Source: a bacterium (GTDB lineage Bacteria > Desulfobacterota > DSWW01). From it: a stretch of DNA of 39,513 nucleotides. Below, in pieces: positions 39,436 through 39,513 of the stretch (position 1 is the stretch's first letter; each line of letters begins with the position of its first letter). The notes beneath the pieces are model-generated. The model saw only the letters and a list, made by a program, of their open reading frames with translations. It had not been told where the DNA came from and searched no databases. A program made the translations under genes and the position numbers. The stretch is from contig JBFLZG010000019.1 of NCBI GenBank assembly GCA_040756235.1, positions 1-39,513 of the forward strand, read 5' to 3'.

Positions 39436-39513
39436 CTGCCCTTTACCCACAAGTCAATCCGAAAGGTTACGGGCCGTTTGGCTCTGTCCGTCATCCCGGC
39501 CCATGTGCGGAGC
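39436..39513. mobile_element. second copy (truncated by window edge) of the MITE-like element
   Basis: CTGCCCTTTACCCACAAGTCAATCCGAA...GTTTG.CTCTG.CCGTCATCCCGGCCC matches 14096-14154 and the reverse complement of 14340-14359. Confidence 0.75.

Noticed and set aside
39390..39494. N-terminal extension of the 602-aa ORF
   Set aside because: It runs into the MITE-like repeat (the same RIDLWV text appears in ORF 13551..14405); ATG 39389 has an RBS.

Overview
High-GC bacterial window (gene content suggests a deltaproteobacterial-type genome; inference only) with three parts. (1) 1-16.1 kb: an accessory block downstream of the 3' end of a tRNA-Leu(CAA) with an adjacent integrase relic. It carries two near-duplicate sensor-less sigma54 activators flanking ldh, a kinetoplastid/spirochaete-like gap, an ABM protein, a SemiSWEET and a FixLJ-like pair, then a run of secreted/lipoprotein genes and a MITE-like element. 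(2) 16.8-29.6 kb: housekeeping genes polA, opgG, opgH, and an operon of aminotransferase + GlcD-GlcE fusion + GlcF. (3) 29.7-39.4 kb, minus strand, the main discovery candidate: a putative RiPP cluster with two isoprenoid-synthase-fold (ComQ-like) enzymes, one fused to prenyltransferase/squalene-cyclase-type repeats, six tandem small precursor genes sharing an (E/D/Q)ELExRLE leader motif with divergent Cys-rich, Trp-containing cores, an RRE-like/M50 membrane peptidase and three exported proteins. Five of the six precursors are hidden in the ORF track by over-extended starts. All family assignments come from motif recognition by eye; no searches were run. Many starts were re-called using RBS and gene overlap.
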